The notes below the pieces were generated by a model. That model was not told the origin of the DNA, searched no databases, and worked only from the letters and a program-made list of their open reading frames with translations. The position numbers and the translations under genes are program-made. A DNA stretch of 20,000 bases from the IMG/VR virus record IMGVR_UViG_3300032030_000060. One strand, given 5' to 3'. Shown here one piece after another: positions 15,166-20,000 of the stretch (the first letter of the stretch is position 1; each line of letters starts with the position of its first letter). Origin of the DNA: an uncultured virus (IMG/VR IMGVR_UViG_3300032030_000060). Taxonomy: Duplodnaviria > Heunggongvirae > Uroviricota > Caudoviricetes.

Positions 15166-15199
15166 TTTTGGAATATTCCAAATTATAATTAAATTTGCA
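15166..15199 (+). promoter_or_regulatory. Bacteroidota sigma-A promoter
   Basis: TTTG at 15166-15169 and TAAATTTGCA at 15190-15199. Confidence 0.6.
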
Positions 15200-15202
15200 A
15201 AT

Positions 15203-15328
15203 ATGAAACGAATCTTTACCGACCCAGACAAAGTATTGCTCGCAATCTGCGAGAAATGCAAAATCAACTACGTGTGCGCTGCGCTTGCATTTTTGTGTGT
15301 GTTGTTCTATATTTTCTTTTTGAGATGA
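15203..15328 (+). CDS. Small membrane peptide (41 aa)
   Basis: MKRIFTDPDKVLLAICEKCKINYVCAALAFLCVLFYIFFLR*; starts almost at the predicted transcription start (possibly leaderless). Confidence 0.45.
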   Translation: MKRIFTDPDKVLLAICEKCKINYVCAALAFLCVLFYIFFLR

Positions 15329-15369
15329 AAACTATAATGCCAATAGAATTTCTACTGTTGTAGATTGAG

Positions 15370-15537
15370 ATGAAGAACGCTATCACTATCATCGCCGCCG
15401 TTATCGCTGCTGCTGCAATCGTTATGTTCATGGTCATTTCGTGGACATTTGACAATTGGTTCACTGGTGTTATCACTGGTGTATCTCTCGCTGCATACCC
15501 ATCTTGGGTAAAAGAATCATTCACAGATAAAAGATAA
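15370..15537 (+). CDS. Small membrane protein (55 aa, 1-2 TM)
   Basis: MKNAITIIAAVIAAAAIVMFMVISWTFDNWFTGVITGVSLAAYPSWVKESFTDKR*. Confidence 0.6.
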   Translation: MKNAITIIAAVIAAAAIVMFMVISWTFDNWFTGVITGVSLAAYPSWVKESFTDKR

Positions 15538-15659
15538 GTATTGAAACCACCACCGCCTCGACGTGGGCATCGCTCATAGTATGTTGATTAGGTTTTATAA
15601 TGTTTGTGTCAATCTGCCTGCGGGCGGTGGTTTTTACTTTACAACAAAACAAAACGACA

Positions 15660-15986
15660 ATGGATAAAAATATAAAGCAAAACATTTTAAGGGTTGTGGA
15701 ACAAAACGGTTTCTACAATTTTGACGGACTGAAATACATCTACGTGAAGATTCGCCCTGACGACTCTTCAACAAGGTTTAACGTTAGCGACGACCTCGCA
15801 GAGATGATTGCAGAAGAGTTGCCTAACAAATACAAAGAGCATTTGGTTACAATCAATCGTGAAGAAACATGGAGAGCATCTTATGTGCCTGTGTTTGACA
15901 ACGATACACAAGCGATGTGGGATGCAGAACTGAGCGAATATATCCGCAACAAACAAGAATGGTGCGACAAGTACGGATGCGAATAA
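15660..15986 (+). CDS. Hypothetical protein
   Basis: ATG at 15660 (MDKNIKQ) after an A-rich leader. Confidence 0.8.
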   Translation: MDKNIKQNILRVVEQNGFYNFDGLKYIYVKIRPDDSSTRFNVSDDLAEMIAEELPNKYKEHLVTINREETWRASYVPVFDNDTQAMWDAELSEYIRNKQEWCDKYGCE

Positions 15987-16003
15987 TTTAAAAACGAACA
16001 ATT

Positions 16004-16177
16004 ATGGAACAATTTCAATCTGATTATTTACGAAAAGCAAGTGACCAACTAAACAAGATTCGGAAGAATCTTGATTTGGTTATGTACGACATCAACCACC
16101 CTCTTACCGATGCCGAATATCAAAGGCTTCGTGAAGGGTATGACAAGATATGCGAGGCTATAGACAAGTTATCATGA
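16004..16177 (+). CDS. Small helical hypothetical protein (57 aa)
   Basis: MEQFQSDYLRKASDQLNKIRKNLDLVMYDINHPLTDAEYQRLREGYDKICEAIDKLS*; ATGA-coupled to the next gene. Confidence 0.65.
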   Translation: MEQFQSDYLRKASDQLNKIRKNLDLVMYDINHPLTDAEYQRLREGYDKICEAIDKLS

Positions 16178-16611
16178 TGAAGATGCAAGAATTATCAATC
16201 GGCGATTGGGTCAATGTTCTCAATTACCATTGGGACGGAAGACCTTACACAGGACAAGTGAAAGGTATCACGAAGAAACATGGTACTTATTACTTGCAAT
16301 TCGGCAGTGCTTTATCTGCTGAGATTGACAGGTGTGAGCCAATTCCCATCACTCCAGAAATCCTTGAGCAGAATGGGTTTAGACTGAAAGAGGAAAATGA
16401 TTCGTATAAGGAATATATTGCATGGGATGAGCATTGCATTATAGTGTTTTATTTCTACAAAGAAACGATATATAGAGTAAGCACTCTGTTGGATTGTGAA
16501 CGTGGTTTTGCAGGAGGTCTTGATCGAATCCACAAATGTAATTTGTTGTATGTTCATCAACTCCAACACGCATTTAATTTATGCGGAATACCCAAAACCA
16601 TCGAACTATGA
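16174..16611 (+). CDS. Hypothetical protein of a type common in Bacteroidota phages
   Basis: 'ELSIGDWV...PIPITPEILEQNGF...YVHQLQH' pattern. Confidence 0.8.
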   Translation: MMKMQELSIGDWVNVLNYHWDGRPYTGQVKGITKKHGTYYLQFGSALSAEIDRCEPIPITPEILEQNGFRLKEENDSYKEYIAWDEHCIIVFYFYKETIYRVSTLLDCERGFAGGLDRIHKCNLLYVHQLQHAFNLCGIPKTIEL

Positions 16612-16670
16612 GAAAATTATTGGATTTCATCCTATTACTATTTGTTGCAATATTTAAAAGGAAATAAGTT

Positions 16671-17057
16671 ATGGTACACGAAGCATATTGTAGTTACGAG
16701 ATTTCAAAAATCTTAAAGGAAAAGGGATTTGATGAGGAATGTACTCGTTATTATTCTTATGAAGATGATGAACTAATTGAATATACAAATGGAGTATATT
16801 CAAGAAACTCTAAAAATTGTAATAGATGTACTTCCCCAACTCACCAAATGGCTTGTGCTTGGTTGAGAGAGAAGCATTTTATAATAGTTGTTACTCCAGT
16901 ACTTTTCAACGTAAACTATGAAAATTCTAAGTGGGGCTATGATATTTGGGCAGATGATAATCTTGAAGTAAGTGCTGAAGACTGCAGTAATCCACTAAAA
17001 TCTTATGAAGAAGCTACTGAAATGGCACTTAAATATGTACTTGAAAATCTAATTTAA
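16671..17057 (+). CDS. Hypothetical protein of a type common in Bacteroidota phages
   Basis: 'YCSYEISKILKEKGFDE...SPTHQMACAWLREK...SYEEA' pattern. Confidence 0.8.
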   Translation: MVHEAYCSYEISKILKEKGFDEECTRYYSYEDDELIEYTNGVYSRNSKNCNRCTSPTHQMACAWLREKHFIIVVTPVLFNVNYENSKWGYDIWADDNLEVSAEDCSNPLKSYEEATEMALKYVLENLI

Positions 17058-17059
17058 TT

Positions 17060-17287
17060 ATGACACTACTAGCACAACAATTAGGCAAGATTATTCGTGA
17101 GAGGGGAGGCTATCTTCCCTCCCACGACAACTGGCTTGAAGAGAAAGCCAGTGAATTACGTCAGATGAATATAAGAACTATTATAGAGTTGTTTATCTCC
17201 TGGAATGGAGAAGACAGCCCTATAGATATTGCCAATATTGATTCAGCAATAGAGTATATAAACAAATGTATGGAGGAACAACAATGA
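17060..17287 (+). CDS. Hypothetical protein (ends MEEQQ)
   Basis: 75-aa ORF ending in the repeated junction. Confidence 0.7.
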   Translation: MTLLAQQLGKIIRERGGYLPSHDNWLEEKASELRQMNIRTIIELFISWNGEDSPIDIANIDSAIEYINKCMEEQQ

Positions 17288-17502
17288 AAGATTTCTTGAA
17301 AAGAGTAGCAATTCTTATTTTCGCAATATTTTTATTTCCCGTAATAGGACTAATATGTGTATTTGACCTAATTATAATGATTCTATATTATCTGTACAAA
17401 GGTAGATTTTGGTGGTATGATTATAACCCTTTATTTATAGTCTTTTTGGAATTAATTTACGAAGGAAAATGTGAATGGAGGAATAACAATGACAAGGTAT
17501 AA
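17284..17502 (+). CDS. Small membrane protein
   Basis: ATG at 17284 (MKDFLKRVAILIFAIFLFPVIGLICVFDLIIMILYYLY); hydrophobic. Confidence 0.65.
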   Translation: MKDFLKRVAILIFAIFLFPVIGLICVFDLIIMILYYLYKGRFWWYDYNPLFIVFLELIYEGKCEWRNNNDKV

Positions 17503-17641
17503 AGTAGGAGATGTTATACGTTATTTTGATACTGAAGTAATTATTACTGAAGTGGACGATTATGGATATCATGGTATCAATGCAGCAATACCTTTTGCTG
17601 CTGAAAAGTATTGTACTTTAATAAATGAAGAACAACAATGA
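17489..17641 (+). CDS. Small hypothetical protein (50 aa, ends EEQQ)
   Basis: MTRYKVGDVIRYFDTEVIITEVDDYGYHGINAAIPFAAEKYCTLINEEQQ*. Confidence 0.65.
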   Translation: MTRYKVGDVIRYFDTEVIITEVDDYGYHGINAAIPFAAEKYCTLINEEQQ

Positions 17642-17760
17642 AAATAGAAACAAGAAAACTTAACAAAATGTTATTTATCATACCATCAATATCAATAGAC
17701 TATGAATATAAGTTTATTAGTCTTGTATGGTTAAGATGGGGTATTTTTATAGGGAAATAA
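17638..17760 (+). CDS. Small hypothetical protein (40 aa)
   Basis: MKIETRKLNKMLFIIPSISIDYEYKFISLVWLRWGIFIGK*; starts in the junction motif. Confidence 0.55.
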   Translation: MKIETRKLNKMLFIIPSISIDYEYKFISLVWLRWGIFIGK

Positions 17761-17777
17761 AGGATTGGAGGACAACA

Positions 17778-18032
17778 ATGACCTACGAAGAGAGAGAAAA
17801 AAGACTTTGCAATAACTGCGAAGCAAAAGAAAACTGTTCCTACATAAGCAGAAACCTTGAAAGAAAATGTTCTTTTAAGGAAACTACTATGTATGGTTGG
17901 GAACTTGGCTACAAGGATGCTGTTGCCAAGGCTTGTGAGTGGCTAAACAACTTCTATAATGAAGAAACACATAGTTATCTTGTGAAAGAAGATATTGACG
18001 CTTTCCGTAAAGCAATGGAGGAACAGCAATGA
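17778..18032 (+). CDS. Hypothetical Cys-containing protein (ends MEEQQ)
   Basis: ATG at 17778 in the junction motif; 'KACEWL...DAFRKAMEEQQ' module. Confidence 0.75.
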   Translation: MTYEEREKRLCNNCEAKENCSYISRNLERKCSFKETTMYGWELGYKDAVAKACEWLNNFYNEETHSYLVKEDIDAFRKAMEEQQ

Positions 18033-18169
18033 CGTATAAAACATACACAAGACAAGAGTATCTGCAATGGTGTAAAAACAATGGCGTCAAGAATCCATTG
18101 CCTGAATATAAACGAAATAAGTTCACCATAAGCGGTTATCCAACATATCCGTATGACAAAAATTTCTAA
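18029..18169 (+). CDS. Small hypothetical protein (46 aa)
   Basis: MTYKTYTRQEYLQWCKNNGVKNPLPEYKRNKFTISGYPTYPYDKNF*. Confidence 0.55.
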   Translation: MTYKTYTRQEYLQWCKNNGVKNPLPEYKRNKFTISGYPTYPYDKNF

Positions 18170-18185
18170 ATAAGGAGGGACAACA

Positions 18186-18374
18186 ATGACAAAAGAAATC
18201 AATATTGAGGAATACCGACCACACATAGTATCGGAAGTTATATGCGTAAAATGCTACAAAAGATGGATTGCCGTAAGACCTTCAATAACCAAACTTAAAG
18301 ACCTTGAGTGTCCAAATTGTGGGGTAGGATATGTAATAGAAACAGGTGAAGAAATAAATACTGACGAAGAATGA
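18186..18374 (+). CDS. Zinc-ribbon protein
   Basis: CVKC...CPNCG. Confidence 0.7.
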   Translation: MTKEINIEEYRPHIVSEVICVKCYKRWIAVRPSITKLKDLECPNCGVGYVIETGEEINTDEE

Positions 18375-18625
18375 TATTTTATCATGGAACATCGAAAGAA
18401 AACTGGGATATCATCAAAAGGGAAGGTGTCTTGTTTAATGGTAGGGTTACATATCTTGCTGTAAATATGGGAGAAGCCAAATGCTATGGTAATATTGTCT
18501 TGCAAGTAAAGTATGACCCAACTACTCATCCTAATATGAATAACTATGTAGATGGTTGTTGGCTGTTTAGGGTGTACGAACCAATAACAATTGAAAACAT
18601 AAAAGTAATGGAGGAACAAAAATGA
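18371..18625 (+). CDS. Putative minimal ADP-ribosyltransferase-fold protein
   Basis: N-terminal FYHGTS, then 'I..EG', 'YLA....A..YG.IVLQV' and C-terminal 'I..ENI', a pattern typical of H-Y-type ART/Tpt1-like folds. Confidence 0.5.
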   Translation: MIFYHGTSKENWDIIKREGVLFNGRVTYLAVNMGEAKCYGNIVLQVKYDPTTHPNMNNYVDGCWLFRVYEPITIENIKVMEEQK

Positions 18626-18706
18626 CGGATAAACAAAAGAAAGCGCTGAAAATACTGAATGAACTGAGGAGTTTATGAATAATTTTAAAAAAGCGATGGA
18701 GGAGCA

Positions 18707-18871
18707 ATGACACAGGAAGAAATAAAAGAAGCAATTGAAGACCTTGATGAAGAGGTGCTGTTAACAATCATTGAATGCTGCAAAGAACTCAACATTAAGG
18801 GAATGCAAATGTGCTTCTGGGATAGGTATAGTTTAATGGATGTGATTGACAAAGTATTGGAGGAACAATAA
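18707..18871 (+). CDS. Small hypothetical protein (54 aa, ends LEEQ)
   Basis: MTQEEIKEAIEDLDEEVLLTIIECCKELNIKGMQMCFWDRYSLMDVIDKVLEEQ*. Confidence 0.65.
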   Translation: MTQEEIKEAIEDLDEEVLLTIIECCKELNIKGMQMCFWDRYSLMDVIDKVLEEQ

Positions 18872-19140
18872 TGAACACAAGAGAAGAACAAATTATTAAA
18901 GCATCGCAACTTTATGCAAAACACTTGCAGAAGCCATTCATGGATGGTGCAATGTGGGCTGATGCTCATCCCAACCTCTACAGCGTGACAAGGAAGTCAG
19001 TTGAAAGGGAAAGGAAATATTTGATTAGAGAGGCTTGTGATTGGTTGAGAGCCAACTTGCAAAACTATTGGAGTCAGAGTGTGACAGCCCCTGAAAAGTT
19101 TATCAATGACTTTATGCAATACATGAAAGAAAAACAATGA
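18871..19140 (+). CDS. Hypothetical protein (F..GA.WAD and ACDWL modules)
   Basis: 89-aa ORF coupled to neighbours on both sides. Confidence 0.75.
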   Translation: MNTREEQIIKASQLYAKHLQKPFMDGAMWADAHPNLYSVTRKSVERERKYLIREACDWLRANLQNYWSQSVTAPEKFINDFMQYMKEKQ

Positions 19141-19529
19141 AAAAATTAAAAAAAGCAGCGTATGACTACGCAACAAAAAGGCAGCAAGACACTAATTTCC
19201 CAGTGTATAATTTGGAGACTGAAATCACTGATGCTTTCATCGTAGGAGCACAGTGGTGGATGGGACATAACCTTTGGGTGGATGCCCAAGGTGATGACCT
19301 ACCAGAGATTGATAGAGAGGTTATCGTACTTTGCGACGATGGTCATGAAGGCTATAAGGTTTGTTTTGCACATAGACCATACAAGAAAGGATACCTTGGG
19401 AAGAGTCTTGTAACAGGGAATATTGAAACCTTTTATCCGCAAGTATACGGTAAAGGTGGATGGAATATCCCCGACGTAAAATGGTGGTTAGATGTCGAAT
19501 TGCCTAATTTGGAGGAGGAACAACAATGA
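19137..19529 (+). CDS. Hypothetical protein, DUF551-like C-terminal pattern
   Basis: 'AFIVGAQW..WVDAQGDDLPEIDREVIVL...VKWWLDVELP'. Confidence 0.7.
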   Translation: MKKLKKAAYDYATKRQQDTNFPVYNLETEITDAFIVGAQWWMGHNLWVDAQGDDLPEIDREVIVLCDDGHEGYKVCFAHRPYKKGYLGKSLVTGNIETFYPQVYGKGGWNIPDVKWWLDVELPNLEEEQQ

Positions 19530-19795
19530 ACGCAAGATACGAAGAAATAGAAAAGGCAGCAGATAGATACATGAAGGACATCGTTACACCTCTACCAGCC
19601 TCAATCAAGACCGCATTCATCAAGGGCGCAGAGTGGGCAGATGAGCGTCATAAGCCAAAAGTTTTATGGACATTATCTGCTGCTGATAGAGGCATTATTC
19701 ATGAAATAATATTTGCTCTTAATTCTTTAGGTAAAGAAAAAATGATTTCATACCATAAGGAAATTGAATTTTTAAATAAAATACGAAAATTATGA
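19526..19795 (+). CDS. Hypothetical protein (AFIKGAEWAD module)
   Basis: 89-aa ORF starting in the junction motif. Confidence 0.75.
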   Translation: MNARYEEIEKAADRYMKDIVTPLPASIKTAFIKGAEWADERHKPKVLWTLSAADRGIIHEIIFALNSLGKEKMISYHKEIEFLNKIRKL

Positions 19796-20000
19796 CACAA
19801 GAAGAAAAAACAAAACGCTACGACAAGATTTCAAAAGAAGTAAAAGATTTTTTTGAAGGTAAACAAAAAATGTATAGTAACGTTAATCAAACATTAGAAT
19901 ATCTTTTCCCCGAACTCAAGGAGAGCGAAGATGAGAAGATAAGAAAAGCAATTATTGAATTCTTTGAATCACAAGATGACAATACTACCTACTCATTAGT
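19792..20000 (+). CDS. Hypothetical protein, 3' truncated
   Basis: MTQEEKTKRYD...LFPELKESEDEKIRKAIIEFF; open to the window end. Confidence 0.75.
   Translation, partial: MTQEEKTKRYDKISKEVKDFFEGKQKMYSNVNQTLEYLFPELKESEDEKIRKAIIEFFESQDDNTTYSL

Larger units (their letters stand above)
17270..19529 (+). repeat. Dispersed gene-junction repeat, consensus (T/A)TGGAGGAACAACAATGA, ~11 copies
   Basis: Copies end at 17287, 17492, 17641, 17781, 18032, 18189, 18625, 18710, 18874, 19140 (degenerate) and 19529. Confidence 0.85.

Noticed and set aside
165..18969. Numerous antisense or alternate-frame ORFs from the track (e.g. 165..518-, 915..1229+, 2676..3023+, 3145..3378-, 5716..6117-, 7188..7706-, 7921..8298-, 18254..18619-)
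   Set aside because: They shadow better-supported genes on the opposite strand or frame, or lie in repeat/regulatory DNA, and have no recognisable motifs.

Overview
The window looks like part of a tailed phage (or prophage) genome infecting a Bacteroidota host, probably Prevotella-like. That call rests on TAnnTTTG promoters, Bacteroidota-phage-type small genes and a tape-measure C-terminus. Layout: (1) end of a tail module on + (1-1980); (2) a small convergent minus-strand operon with a coiled-coil gene and an SSB-like gene; (3) a ~1.4 kb AT-rich divergent control region with five palindromic operator/iteron-like repeats, IHF-consensus sites and a possible genome terminus or origin; (4) a ~1,040-nt non-coding stretch right after a strong promoter that folds into a closed multi-domain structure (candidate large ncRNA, the main finding); (5) an early-gene region interleaved with RNA elements: a twister ribozyme, two covarying pseudoknots and two or three tRNA-like RNAs; (6) a MoxR-type AAA+ ATPase with a vWA-like partner, a serine recombinase and many small hypothetical genes, ending in an array of short genes joined by a repeated GGAGGAACAACAATGA junction. 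All structures and protein calls were made by eye, with no database search or folding program.
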